A DNA stretch of 64,000 bases from contig JAUCBJ010008678.1 in assembly GCA_032718475.1 (NCBI GenBank), positions 1 through 64,000 on the forward strand, read 5' to 3'. The stretch comes from Nemertoderma westbladi (taxonomy: Eukaryota; Animalia; Xenacoelomorpha). The position numbers and the translations under genes are program-made. Below are positions 25,881 through 40,929 of the stretch, piece after piece (the first letter of the stretch is position 1; each line of letters begins with the position of its first letter). The notes under the pieces were generated by a model. The model was not told where the DNA came from, made no database searches, and saw only the letters and a program-made list of their open reading frames with translations.

Positions 25881-28129
25881 ATGTAGATTCCTTCTCGGTC
25901 AGCTGACCCGTCGTTAGGACTACTTCTACCTAATGTAGATTCCTTCTCGGTCAGCTGACCCGTCATTAGGACTACTTCTACCTAATGTAGATTCCTTCTC
26001 GGTCAGCTGACCCGTCATTAGGACTACTTCTACCTAATGTAGATTCCTTCTCGGTCAGCTGACCCGTCATTAGGACTACTTCTACCTAATGTAGATTCCT
26101 TCTCGGTCAGCTGACCCGTCATTAGGACTACTTCTACCTAATGTAGATTGCTTCTCGGTCAGCTGACCCGTCATTAGGACTACTTCTACCTAATGTAGAT
26201 TCCTTCTCGGTCAGCTGACCCGTCATTAGGACTACTTCTACCTAATGTAGATTCCTTCTCGGTCAGCTGACCCGTCATTAGGACTACTTCTACCTAATGT
26301 AGATTCCTTCTCGGTCAGCTGACCCGTCATTAGGACTACTTCTACCTAATGTAGATTGCTTCTCGGTCAGCTGACCCGTCATTAGGACTACTTCTACCTA
26401 AGGTAGATTCCTTCTCGGTCAGCTGACCCGTCATTAGGACTACTTCTACCTAAGGTAGATTTCTTCTCGGTCAGCTGACCCGTCATTAGGACTACTTCTA
26501 CCTAATGTAGATTCCTTCTCGGTCAGCTGACCCGTCATTAGGACTACTTCTACCTAATGTAGATTCCTTCTCGGTCAGCTGACCCGTCATTAGGACTACT
26601 TCTACCTAATGTAGATTCCTTCTCGGTCAGCTGACCCATCATTAGGACTACTTCTACCTAATGTAGATTCCTTCTCGGTCAGCTGACCCGTCATTAGGAC
26701 TACTTCTACCTAAGGTAGATTCCTTCTCGGTCAGCTGACCCGTCATTAGGACTACTTCTACCTAATGTAGATTCCTTCTCGGTCAGCTGACCCGTCATTA
26801 GGACTACTTCTACCTAATGTAGATTCCTTCTCGGTCAGCTGACCCGTCATTAGGACTACTTCTACCTAATGTAGATTGCTTCTCGGTCAGCTGACCCATC
26901 ATTAGGACTACTTCTACCTAATGTAGATTCCTTCTCGGTCAGCTGACCCGTCATTAGGACTACTTCTACCTAAGGTAGATTGCTTCTCGGTCAGCTGACC
27001 CGTCATTAGGACTACTTCTACCTAAGGTAGATTCCTTCTCGATCAGCTGACCCATCATTAGGACTACTTCTACCTAAGGTAGATTCCTTCTCGGTCAGCT
27101 GACCCGTCATTAGGACTACTTCTACCTAAGGTAGATTGCTTTTCGGTCAGCTGACCCGTCATTAGGACTACTTCTACCTAATGTAGATTCCTTCTCGGTC
27201 AGCTGACCCGTCATTAGGACTACTTCTACCTAAGGTAGATTTCTTCTCGGTCAGCTGACCCGTCATTAGGACTACTTCTACCTAATGTAGATTCCTTCTC
27301 GGTCAGCTGACCCGTCATTAGGACTACTTCTACCTAATGTAGATTCCTTCTCGGTCAGCTGACCCATCATTAGGACTACTTCTACCTAATGTAGATTCCT
27401 TCTCGGTCAGCTGACCCGTCATTAGGACTACTTCTACCTAAGGTAGATTGCTTCTCGGTCAGCTGACCCGTCATTAGGACTACTTCTACCTAAGGTAGAT
27501 TCCTTCTCGGTCAGCTGACCCGTCATTAGGACTACTTCTACCTAATGTAGATTCCTTCTCGGTCAGCTGACCCGTCATTAGGACTACTTCTACCTAATGT
27601 AGATTCCTTCTCGGTCAGCTGACCCGTCATTAGGACTACTTCTAAGGTAGATTCCTTCTCGGTCAGCTGACCCGTCGTCATTAGGACTACTTCTACCCAA
27701 TGTAGATTGCTTCTCGGTCAGCTGACCCGTCATTAGGACTACTTCTACCTAATGTAGATTCCTTCTCGGACAGCTGACCCGTCATTAGGACTACTTCTAC
27801 CTAAGGTAGATTCCTTCTCGGTCAGCTGACCCGTCATTAGGACTACTTCTACCTAATGTAGATTCCTTCTTGGACAGCTGACCCGTCATTAGGACTACTT
27901 CTACCTAAGGTATATTCCTTCTCGGTCAGCTGACCCGTCATTAGGACTACTTCTACCTAATGTAGATTCCTTCTTGGTCAGCTGACCCGTCATTAGGACT
28001 ACTTCTACCTAATGTAGATTCCTTCTCGGTCAGCTGACCCGTCATTAGGACTACTTCTACCTAATGTAGATTCCTTCTCGGTCAGCTGACCCGTCATTAG
28101 GACTACTTCTACCTAATGTAGATTCCTTC

Positions 28130-29620
28130 TCGGTCAGCTGACCCGTCATTAGGACTACTTCTACCTAATGTAGATTGCTTCTCGGTCAGCTGACCCGTCA
28201 TTAGGACTACTTCTACCTAAGGTAGATAGCTTCTCGGTCAGCTGACCCGTCATTAGGACTACTTCTACCTAATGTAGATTCCTTCTTGGTCAGCTGACCC
28301 GTCATTAGGACTACTTCTACCTAATGTAGATTCCTTCTCGGTCAGCTGACCCGTCATTAGGACTACTTCTACCTAATGTAGATTCCTTCTCGGTCAGCTG
28401 ACCCGTCATTAGGACTACTTCTACCTAATGTAGATTCCTTCTTGGACAGCTGACCCGTCATTAGGACTACTTCTACCTAAGGTATATTCCTTCTCGGTCA
28501 GCTGACCCGTCATTAGGACTACTTCTACCTAAGGTAGATTCCTTCTCGGTCAGCTGACCCGTCATTAGGACTACTTCTACCTAAGGTAGATTCCTTCTCG
28601 GTCAGCTGACCCGTCATTAGGACTACTTCTACCTAATGTAGATTCCTTCTCGGTCAGCTGACCCGTCATTAGGACTACTTCTACCTAATGTAGATTCCTT
28701 CTCGGTCAGCTGACCCGTCATTAGGACTACTTCTACCTAATGTAGATTCCTTCTCGGTCAGCTGAACCGTCATTAGGACTACTTCTACCTAATGTAGATT
28801 GCTTCTCGGTCAGCTGACCCGTCATTAGGACTACTTCTACCTAAGGTAGATAGCTTCTCGGTCAGCTGACCCGTCATTAGGACTACTTCTACCTAATGTA
28901 GATTCCTTCTTGGTCAGCTGACCCGTCATTAGGACTACTTCTACCTAAGGTAGATTCCTTCTCGGTCAGCTGACCCGTCATTAGGACTACTTCTACCTAA
29001 TGTAGATTGCTTCTCGGTCAGCTGACCCGTCATTAGGACTACTTCTACCTAAGGTAGATAGCTTCTCGGTCAGCTGACCCGTCATTAGGACTACTTCTAC
29101 CTAATGTAGATTCCTTCTTGGTCAGCTGACCCGTCATTAGGACTACTTCTACCTAATGTAGATTCCTTCTCGGTCAGCTGACCCGTCATTAGGACTACTT
29201 CTACCTAATGTAGATTCCTTCTCGGTCAGCTGACCCGTCATTAGGACTACTTCTACCTAATGTAGATTCCTTCTTGGACAGCTGACCCGTCATTAGGACT
29301 ACTTCTACCTAAGGTATATTCCTTCTCGGTCAGCTGACCCGTCATTAGGACTACTTCTACCTAAGGTAGATTCCTTCTCGGTCAGCTGACCCGTCATTAG
29401 GACTACTTCTACCTAAGGTAGATTCCTTCTCGGTCAGCTGACCCGTCATTAGGACTACTTCTACCTAATGTAGATTCCTTCTCGGTCAGCTGACCCGTCA
29501 TTAGGACTACTTCTACCTAATGTAGATTCCTTCTCGGTCAGCTGACCCGTCATTAGGACTACTTCTACCTAATGTAGATTCCTTCTCGGTCAGCTGAACC
29601 GTCATTAGGACTACTTCTAC
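28130..29620. repeat. Block duplication, offset 832 bp (16 monomers)
   Basis: gatagc variant at 28228/29060, and cttggacag followed by ggtatatt at 28441/29273. Edges approximate. Confidence 0.8.
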
Positions 29621-32600
29621 CTAATGTAGATTCCTTCTCGGTCAGCTGACCCGTCATTAGGACTACTTCTACCTAAGGTAGATTCCTTCTCGGTCAGCTG
29701 ACCCGTCATTAGGACTACTTCTACCTAAGGTATATTCCTTCTCGGTCAGCTGACCCGTCATTAGGACTACTTCTACCTAATGTAGATTGCTTGTCGGTCA
29801 GCTGACCCGTCATTAGGACTACTTCTACCTAATGTAGATTCCTTCTAGGTCAGCTGACCCGTCATTAGGACTACTTCTACCTAATGTAGATTCCTTCTCG
29901 GTCAGCTGACCCGTCATTAGGACTACTTCTACCTAATGTAGATTCCTTCTCGGTCAGCTGACCCGTCATTAGGACTACTTCTACCTAAGGTAGATTGCTT
30001 ATCGGTCAGCTGACCCGTCATTAGGACTACTTCTACCTAAGGTAGATTGCTTCTCGGTCAGCTGACCCGTCATTAGGACTACTTCTAAGGTAGATTCCTT
30101 CTCGGTCAGCTGACCCGTCATTAGGAATACTTCTACCTAATGTAGATTCCTTCTCGGTCAGCTGACCCGTCATTAGGACTACTTCTACCTAATGTAGATT
30201 CCTTCTCGGACAGCTGACCCGTCATTAGGACTACTTCTACCTAATGTAGATTGCTTGTCGGTCAGCTGACCCGTCATTAGGACTACTTCTACCTAATGTA
30301 GATTCCTTCTCGGTCAGCTGAACCGTCATTAGGACTACTTCTACCTAATGTAGATTCCTTCTCGGTCAGCTGACCCGTCATTAGGACTACTTCTACCTAA
30401 TGTAGATTCCTTCTCGGTCAGCTGACCCGTCATTAGGACTACTTCTACCTAATGTAGATTGCTTCTCGGTCAGCTGACCCGTCATTAGGACTACTTCTAC
30501 CTAATGTAGATTGCTTGTCGGTCAGCTGACCCGTCATTAGGACTACTTCTACCTAATGTAGATTCCTTCTCGGTCAGCTGACCCGTCATTAGGACTACTT
30601 CTACCTAATGTAGATTGCTTCTTGGACAGCTGACCCGTCATTAGGACTACTTCTACCTAAGGTATATTCCTTCTCGGTCAGCTGACCCGTCATTAGGACT
30701 ACTTCTACCTAAGGTATATTCCTTCTCGGTCAGCTGACCCGTCATTAGGACTACTTCTACCTAATGTAGATTGCTTCTCGGTCAGCTGACCCGTCATTAG
30801 GACTACTTCTACCTAATGTAGATTGCTTCTCGGTCAGCTGACCCGTCATTAGGACTACTTCTACCTAATGTAGATTCCTTCTCGGTCAGCTGACCCGTCA
30901 TTAGGACTACTTCTACCTAAGGTAGATTGCTTCTTGGACAGCTGACCCGTCATTAGGACTACTTCTACCTAAGGTAGATTCCTTCTCGGTCAGCTGACCC
31001 GTCATTAGGACTACTTCTACCTAATGTAGATTCCTTCTCGGTCAGCTGACCCGTCATTAGGACTACTTCTACCTAAGGTAGATTCCTTCTCGGTCAGCTG
31101 ACCCGTCATTAGGACTACTTCTACCTAAGGTAGATTCCTTCTCTGTCAGATGACCCATCATTAGGACTACTTCTACCTAATGTAGATTGCTTCTCGGTCA
31201 GCTGACCAGTCATTAGGACTACTTCTACCTAAGGTAGATTGCTTCTCGGTCAGCTGACCAGTCATTAGGACTACTTCTACCTAAGGTAGATTCCTTCTCG
31301 GTCAGCTGACCCGTCATTAGGACTACTTCTACCTAAGGTAGATTCCTTCTCGGTCAGATGACCCATCATTAGGACTACTTCTACCTAATGTAGATTCCTT
31401 CTCGGTCAGCTGACCCGTCATTAGGACTACTTCTACCTAATGTAGATTGCTTCTCGGTCAGCTGACGCGTCATTAGGACTACTTCTACCTAATGTAGATG
31501 GCTTGTCGGACAGCTGACCCGTCATTAGGACTACTTCTACCTAATGTAGATTGCTTCTCGGACAGCTGACCTGTCATTAGGACTACTTCTACCTAAGGTA
31601 GATTCCTTCTCGGTCAGATGACCCATCATTAGGACTACTTCTACCTAATGTAGATTGCTTCTCGGTCAGCTGACCAGTCATTAGGACTACTTCTACCTAA
31701 GGTAGATTGCTTCTCGGTCAGCTGACCCGTCATTAGGACTACTTCTACCTAAGGTAGATTCCTTCTCGGACAGCTGACCCGTCATTAGGACTACTTCTAC
31801 CTAAGGTAGATTGCTTCTAGGACAGCTGACCCGTCATTAGGACTACTTCTACCTAATGTAGATTCCTTCTCGGTCAGCTGAACCGTCATTAGGACTACTT
31901 CTACCTAAGGTAGATTCCTTCTCGGTCAGCTGACCCGTCATTAGGACTACTTCTACCTAAGGTAGATTCCTTCTCGGTCAGCTGACCCGTCATTAGGACT
32001 ACTTCTACCTAATGTAGATTCCTTCTCGGTCAGCTGAACCGTCATTAGGACTACTTCTACCTAAGGTAGATTCCTTCTCGGACAGCTGACCCATCATTAG
32101 GACTACTTCTACCTAAGGTATATTCCTTCTCGGTCAGCTGACCCGTCATTAGGACTACTTCTACCTAAGGTAGATTGCTTCTCGATCAGCTGACCCGTCA
32201 TTAGGACTACTTCTACCTAATGTAGATTCCTTCTCGGTCAGATGACACGTCATTAGGACTACTTCTACCTAAGGTAGATTGCTTCTCGATCAGCTGACCC
32301 GTCATTAGGACTACTTCTACCTAATGTAGATTCCTTCTCGGTCAGATGACCCGTCATTAGGACTACTTCTACCTAAGGTAGATTCCTTCTCGGTCAGCTG
32401 ACCCGTCATTAGGACTACTTCTACCTAATGTAGATTCCTTCTCGGTCAGCTGACCCGTCATTAGGACTACTTCTACCTAAGGTATATTCCTTCTCGGTCA
32501 GCTGACCCGTCATTAGGACTACTTCTACCTAATGTAGATTCCTTCTCGGTCAGCTGACCCGTCATTAGGACTACTTCTACCTAAGGTAGATTCCTTCTCG

Positions 32601-33579
32601 GACAGCTGACCCATCATTAGGACTACTTCTACCTAAGGAAGATTCCTTCTCGGTCAGCTGACCCGTCATTAGGACTACTTCTACCTAAGGTAGATTCCTT
32701 CTCGGACAGCTGACCCGTCATTAGGACTACTTCTACCTAATGTAGATTCCTTCTCGGTCAGCTGACCCGTCATTAGGACTACTTCTACCTAAGGTAGATT
32801 CCTTCTCGGTCAGCTGAACCGTCATTAGGACTACTTCTACCTAAGGTAGATTCCTTCTCGGACAGCTGACCCATCATTAGGACTACTTCTACCTAAGGAA
32901 GATTCCTTCTCGGTCAGCTGACCCGTCATTAGGACTACTTCTACCTAATGTAGATTCCTTCTCGGACAGCTGACCCGTCATTAGGACTACTTCTACCTAA
33001 GGAAGATTCCTTCTCGGTCAGCTGACCCGTCATTAGGACTACTTCTACCTAAGGAAGATTCCTTCTCGGTCAGCTGACCCGTCATTAGGACTACTTCTAC
33101 CTAAGGTAGATTCCTTCTCGGACAGCTGACCCATCATTAGGACTACTTCTACCTAAGGAAGATTCCTTCTCGGTCAGCTGACCCGTCGTTAGGACTACTT
33201 CTACCTAAGGTAGATTCCTTCTCGGACAGCTGACCCGTCATTAGGACTACTTCTACCTAATGTAGATTCCTTCTCGGTCAGCTGACCCGTCATTAGGACT
33301 ACTTCTACCTAATGTAGATTCCTTCTCGGTCAGCTGACCCGTCATTAGGACTACTTCTACCTAATGTAGATTCCTTCTCGGTCAGCTGACCCGTCATTAG
33401 GACTACTTCTACCTAATGTAGATTGCTTCTCGGACAGCTGACCCGTCATTAGGACTACTTCTACCTAATGTAGATTCCTTCTCGGTCAGCTGACCCGTCA
33501 TTAGGACTACTTCTACCTAATGTAGATTCCTTCTCGGTCAGCTGACCCGTCATTAGGACTACTTCTACCTAATGTAGAT

Positions 33580-36500
33580 TCCTTCTCGGACAGCTGACCC
33601 GTCATTAGGACTACTTCTACCTAATGTAGATTCCTTCTCGGACAGCTGACCCGTCATTAGGACTACTTCTACCTAAGGTATATTCCTTCTCGGTCAGCTG
33701 GCCCGTCATTAGGACTACTTCTACCTAATGTAGATTGCTTCTCGGTCAGCTGACCCGTCATTAGGACTACTTCTACCTAAGGTATATTCCTTCTCGGTCA
33801 GCTGAACCGTCATTAGGACTACTTCTACCTAATGTAGATTCCTTCTCGGACAGCTGACCCGTCATTAGGACTACTTCTACCTAAGGTATATTCCTTCTCG
33901 GTCAGCTGGCCCGTCATTAGGACTACTTCTACCTAATGTAGATTCCTTCTCGGTCAGCTGACCCGTCATTAGGAGTACTTCTACCTAATGTAGATTGCTT
34001 CTCGGTCAGCTGACCCGTCATTAGGACTACTTCTACCTAATGTAGATTCCTTCTCGGTCAGCTGACCCGTCATTAGGACTACTTCTACCTAATGTAGATT
34101 CCTTCTCGGTCAGCTGACCCGTCATTAGGACTACTTCTACCTAAGGTAGATTCCTTCTCGGTCAGCTGACCCGTCATTAGGACTACTTCTACCTAAGGTA
34201 GATTCCTTCTCGGTCAGCTGACCCGTCATTAGGACTACTTCTACCTAAGGTAGATTCCTTCTCGGTCAGCTGACCCGTCATTAGGACTACTTCTACCTAA
34301 TGTAGATTCCTTCTCGGTCAGCTGACCCGTCATTAGGACTACTTCTACCTAATGTAGATTCCTTCTCGGTCAGCTGACCCGTCATTAGGACTACTTCTAC
34401 CTAATGTAGATTCCTTCTCGGTCAGCTGACCCGTCATTAGGACTACTTCTACCTAATGTAGATTCCTTCTCGGTCAGCTGACCCGTCATTAGGACTACTT
34501 CTACCTAATGTAGATTCCTTCTCGGTCAGCTGACCCGTCATTAGGACTACTTCTACCTAAGGTAGATTCCTTCTCGGTCAGCTGAACCGTCATTAGGACT
34601 ACTTCTACCTAATGTAGATTCCTTCTCGGACAGCTGACCCGTCATTAGGACTACTTCTACCTAAGGTATATTCCTTCTCGGTCAGCTGGCCCGTCATTAG
34701 GACTACTTCTACCTAATGTAGATTCCTTCTCGGTCAGCTGACCCGTCATTAGGAGTACTTCTACCTAATGTAGATTGCTTCTCGGTCAGCTGACCCGTCA
34801 TTAGGACTACTTCTACCTAATGTAGATTCCTTCTCGGTCAGCTGACCCGTCATTAGGACTACTTCTACCTAATGTAGATTCCTTCTCGGTCAGCTGACCC
34901 GTCATTAGGACTACTTCTACCTAAGGTAGATTCCTTCTCGGTCAGCTGACCCGTCATTAGGACTACTTCTACCTAAGGTAGATTGCTTCTCGGTCAGCTG
35001 ACCCGTCATTAGGACTACTTCTACCTAAGGTAGATTCCTTCTCGGTCAGCTGGCCCGTCATTAGGACTACTTCTACCTAATGTAGATTCCTTCTCGGTCA
35101 GCTGACCCGTCATTAGGACTACTTCTACCTAATGTAGATTCCTTCTCGGTCAGCTGACCCGTCATTAGGACTACTTCTACCTAATGTAGATTCCTTCTCG
35201 GTCAGCTGACCCGTCATTAGGACTACTTCTACCTAATGTAGATTCCTTCTCGGTCAGCTGACCCGTCATTAGGACTACTTCTACCTAATGTAGATTGCTT
35301 CTCGGACAGCTGACCCGTCATTAGGACTACTTCTACCTAATGTAGATTCCTTCTCGGTCAGCTGAACCGTCATTAGGACTACTTCTACCTAAGGTAGATT
35401 GCTTGTCGGTCAGCTGACCCGTCATTAGGACTACTTCTACCTAATGTAGATTCCTTCTCGGTCAGCTGAACCATCATTAGGACTACTTCTACCTAAGGTA
35501 GATTCCTTCTCGGTCAGCTGACCCGTCATTAGGACTACTTCTACCTAAGGTAGATTCCTTCTCGGTCAGCTGACCCGTCATTAGGACTACTTCTACCTAA
35601 GGTATATTCCTTCTCGGTCAGCTGACCCGTCATTAGGACTACTTCTACCTAAGGTAGATTGCTTGTCGGTCAGCTGACCCGTCATTAGGACTACTTCTAC
35701 CTAATGTAGATTCCTTCTCGGTCAGCTGAACCATCATTAGGACTACTTCTACCTAAGGTAGATTCCTTCTCGGTCAGCTGACCCGTCATTAGGACTACTT
35801 CTACCTAAGGTAGATTGCTTGTCGGTCAGCTGAACCGTCATTAGGACTACTTCTACCTAAGGTAGATTCCTTCTCGGTCAGCTGACCCGTCATTAGGACT
35901 ACTTCTACCTAAGGTAGATTCCTTCTCGGTCAGCTGACCCGTCATTAGGACTACTTCTACCTAAGGTATATTCCCTCTCGGTCAGCTGACCCGTCATTAG
36001 GACTACTTCTACCTAAGGTAGATTGCTTGTCGGTCAGCTGACCCGTCATTAGGACTACTTCTACCTAATGTAGATTCCTTCTCGGTCAGCTGACCCGTCA
36101 TTAGGACTACTTCTACCTAATGTAGATTCCTTCTCGGTCAGCTGACCCGTCATTAGGACACTTCTACCTAAGGTAGATTCCTTCTCGGTCAGCTGACCCG
36201 TCATTAGGAATACTTCTACCTAATGTAGATTCCTTCTCGGTCAGCTGACCCGTCATTAGGACTACTTCTACCTAAGGTAGATTCCTTCTCGGTCAGCTGA
36301 ACCGTCATTAGGACTACTTCTACCTAAGGTAGATTCCTTCTCGGTCAGCTGACCCGTCATCGTCATTAGGAATACTTCTACCTAATGTAGATTCCTTCTC
36401 GGTCAGCTGACCCGTCATTAGGACTACTTCTACCTAAGGTAGATTCCTTCTCGGTCAGCTGACCCGTCATTAGGACTACTTCTACCTAATGTAGATTCCT

Positions 36501-39480
36501 TCTCGGTCAGCTGAACCGTCATTAGGACTACTTCTACCTAAGGTAGATTCCTTCTCGGTCAGCTGAACCGTCATTAGGACTACTTCTACCTAAGGTAGAT
36601 TCCTTCTCGGTCAGCTGAACCGTCATTAGGACTACTTCTACCTAAGGTAGATTCCTTCTCGGTCAGCTGACCCGTCATTAGGACTACTTCTACCTAAGGT
36701 AGATTCCTTCTCGGTCAGCTGAACCGTCATTAGGACTACTTCTACCTAAGGTAGATTCCTTCTCGGTCAGCTGAACCGTCATTAGGACTACTTCTACCTA
36801 AGGTAGATTCCTTCTCGGTCAGCTGACCCATCATTAGGACTACTTCTACCTAATGTAGATTCCTTCTCGGTCAGCTGAACCGTCATTAGGACTACTTCTA
36901 CCTAAGGTAGATTCCTTCTCGGTCAGCTGACCCGTCATTAGGAATACTTCTACCTAATGTAGATTCCTTCTCGGTCAGCTGACCCGTCATTAGGACTACT
37001 TCTACCTAAGGTAGATTCCTTCTCGGTCAGCTGAACCGTCATTAGGACTACTTCTACCTAAGGTAGATTCCTTCTCGGTCAGCTGACCCGTCATTAGGAA
37101 TACTTCTACCTAATGTAGATTCCTTCTCGGTCAGCTGACCCGTCATTAGGACTACTTCTACCTAAGGTAGATTCCTTCTCGGTCAGCTGAACCGTCATTA
37201 GGACTACTTCTACCTAAGGTAGATTCCTTCTCGGTCAGCTGACCCGTCATTAGGACTACTTCTACCTAAGGTAGATTCCTTCTCGGTCAGCTGACCCGTC
37301 ATTAGGACTACTTCTACCTAATGTAGATTCCTTCTCGGTCAGCTGAACCGTCATTAGGACTACTTCTACCTAAGGTAGATTCCTTCTCGGTCAGCTGACC
37401 CGTCATTAGGACTACTTCTACCTAATGTAGATTCCTACTCGGACAGCTGACCCGTCATTAGGACTACTTCTACCTAAGGTATATTCCTTCTCGGTCAGCT
37501 GAACCGTCATTAGGACTACTTCTACCTAATGTAGATTCCTTCTCGGACAGCTGACCCGTCATTAGGACTACTTCTACCTAAGGTATATTCCTTCTCGGTC
37601 AGCTGGCCCGTCATTAGGACTACTTCTACCTAATGTAGATTGCTTCTCGGTCAGCTGACCCGTCATTAGGACTACTTCTACCTAAGGTATATTCCTTCTC
37701 GGTCAGCTGAACCGTCATTAGGACTACTTCTACCTAATGTAGATTCCTTCTCGGACAGCTGACCCGTCATTAGGACTACTTCTACCTAAGGTATATTCCT
37801 TCTCGGTCAGCTGGCCCGTCATTAGGACTACTTCTACCTAATGTAGATTCCTTCTCGGTCAGCTGACCCGTCATTAGGAGTACTTCTACCTAATGTAGAT
37901 TGCTTCTCGGTCAGCTGACCCGTCATTAGGACTACTTCTACCTAATGTAGATTCCTTCTCGGTCAGCTGACCCGTCATTAGGACTACTTCTACCTAATGT
38001 AGATTCCTTCTCGGTCAGCTGACCCGTCATTAGGACTACTTCTACCTAAGGTAGATTGCTTCTCGGTCAGCTGACCCGTCATTAGGACTACTTCTACCTA
38101 AGGTAGATTCCTTCTCGGTCAGCTGGCCCGTCATTAGGACTACTTCTACCTAATGTAGATTGCTTCTCGGTCAGCTGACCCGTCATTAGGACTACTTCTA
38201 CCTAATGTAGATTCCTTCTCGGTCAGCTGACCCGTCATTAGGACTACTTCTACCTAATGTAGATTCCTTCTCGGTCAGCTGACCCGTCATTAGGACTACT
38301 TCTACCTAATGTAGATTCCTTCTCGGTCAGCTGACCCGTCATTAGGACTACTTCTACCTAATGTAGATTGCTTCTCGGACAGCTGACCCGTCATTAGGAC
38401 TACTTCTACCTAATGTAGATTCCTTCTCGGTCAGCTGAACCGTCATTAGGACTACTTCTACCTAAGGTAGATTGCTTGTCGGTCAGCTGACCCGTCATTA
38501 GGACTACTTCTACCTAATGTAGATTCCTTCTCGGTCAGCTGAACCATCATTAGGACTACTTCTACCTAAGGTAGATTCCTTCTCGGTCAGCTGACCCGTC
38601 ATTAGGACTACTTCTACCTAAGGTAGATTCCTTCTCGGTCAGCTGACCCGTCATTAGGACTACTTCTACCTAAGGTATATTCCTTCTCGGTCAGCTGACC
38701 CGTCATTAGGACTACTTCTACCTAAGGTAGATTGCTTGTCGGTCAGCTGACCCGTCATTAGGACTACTTCTACCTAATGTAGATTCCTTCTCGGTCAGCT
38801 GAACCATCATTAGGACTACTTCTACCTAAGGTAGATTCCTTCTCGGTCAGCTGACCCGTCATTAGGACTACTTCTACCTAAGGTAGATTGCTTGTCGGTC
38901 AGCTGAACCGTCATTAGGACTACTTCTACCTAAGGTAGATTCCTTCTCGGTCAGCTGACCCGTCATTAGGACTACTTCTACCTAAGGTAGATTCCTTCTC
39001 GGTCAGCTGACCCGTCATTAGGACTACTTCTACCTAAGGTATATTCCCTCTCGGTCAGCTGACCCGTCATTAGGACTACTTCTACCTAAGGTAGATTGCT
39101 TGTCGGTCAGCTGACCCGTCATTAGGACTACTTCTACCTAATGTAGATTCCTTCTCGGTCAGCTGACCCGTCATTAGGACTACTTCTACCTAATGTAGAT
39201 TCCTTCTCGGTCAGCTGACCCGTCATTAGGACACTTCTACCTAAGGTAGATTCCTTCTCGGTCAGCTGACCCGTCATTAGGAATACTTCTACCTAATGTA
39301 GATTCCTTCTCGGTCAGCTGACCCGTCATTAGGACTACTTCTACCTAAGGTAGATTCCTTCTCGGTCAGCTGAACCGTCATTAGGACTACTTCTACCTAA
39401 GGTAGATTCCTTCTCGGTCAGCTGACCCGTCATTAGGATACTTCTACCTAATGTAGATTCCTTCTCGGTCAGCTGACCCG
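33580..39480. repeat. Block duplication, offset 3073 bp (59 monomers +5), with an internal 780-bp (15 monomer) repeat
   Basis: gaaccatc 35468/38541 and ttccctctc 35971/39044; ggagtac at 33972, 34752 and 37877. The +5 equals a 6-bp duplication near 36360 minus a 1-bp deletion near 36159. Confidence 0.85.
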
Positions 39481-40929
39481 TCATTAGGACTACTTCTACC
39501 TAAGGTAGATTCCTTCTCGGTCAGCTGACCCGTCATTAGGACTACTTCTACCTAAGGTAGATTCCTTCTCGGTCAGCTGACCCGTCATTAGGACTACTTC
39601 TACCTAATGTAGATTCCTTCTCGGTCAGCTGAACCGTCATTAGGACTACTTCTACCTAAGGTAGATTCCTTCTCGGTCAGCTGACCCGTCATTAGGACTA
39701 CTTCTACCTAATGTAGATTCCTTCTCGGTCAGCTGACCCGTCATTAGGACTACTTCTACCTAAGGTAGATTCCTTCTCGGTCAGCTGACCGTCATTAGGA
39801 CTACTTCTACCTAAGGTAGATTCCTTCTCGGTCAGCTGACCCGTCATTAGGACTACTTCTACCTAATGTAGATTCCTTCTCGGTCAGCTGACCCGTCATT
39901 AGGACTACTTCTACCTAAGGTAGATTCCTTCTCGGTCAGCTGAACCGTCATTAGGACTACTTCTACCTAAGGTAGATTCCTTCTCGGTCAGCTGACCCAT
40001 CATTAGGACTACTTCTACCTAATGTAGATTCCTTCTCGGTCAGCTGAACCGTCATTAGGACTACTTCTACCTAAGGTAGATTCCTTCTCGGTCAGCTGAC
40101 CCGTCATTAGGACTACTTCTACCTAATGTAGATTCCTTCTCGGTCAGCTGACCCGCCATTAGGACTACTTCTACCTAAGGTAGATTTCTTCTCGGTCAGC
40201 TGAACCGTCATTAGGACTACTTCTACCTAAGGTAGATTCCTTCTCGGTCAGCTGACCCGTCATTAGGAATACTTCTACCTAATGTAGATTCCTTCTCGGT
40301 CAGCTGACCCGTCATTAGGACTACTTCTACCTAAGGTAGATTCCTTCTCGGTCAGCTGAACCGTCATTAGGACTACTTCTACCTAAGGTAGATTGCTTCT
40401 CGGTCAGCTGACCCGTCATTAGGACTACTTCTACCTAATGTAGATTCCTACTCGGACAGCTGAACCGTCATTAGGACTACTTCTACCTAAGGTAGATTCC
40501 TTCTCGGTCAGCTGACCCGTCATTAGGACTACTTCTACCTAAGGTATATTCCTTCTCGGTCAGCTGAACCGTCATTAGGACTACTTCTACCTAAGGTAGA
40601 TTGCTTGTCGGTCAGCTGACCCGTCATTAGGACTACTTCTACCTAATGTAGATTCCTTCTCGGTCAGCTGAACCATCATTAGGACTACTTCTACCTAAGG
40701 TAGATTCCTTCTCGGTCAGCTGAACCGTCATTAGGACTACTTCTACCTAAGGTAGATTGCTTCTCGGACAGCTGACCCGTCATTAGGACTACTTCTACCT
40801 AAGATAGATTCCTTCTCGGTCAGCTGACCCGTCATTAGGACTACTTCTACCTAAGGTATATTCCTTCTCGGTCAGCTGAACCGTCATTAGGACTACTTCT
40901 ACCTAAGGTAGATTGCTTGTCGGTCAGCT

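Noticed and set aside
39431-39795. Single-base deletions ggatac (about 39438) and tgaccgtc (about 39790)
   Set aside because: These are singletons in short homopolymers and could be consensus errors.
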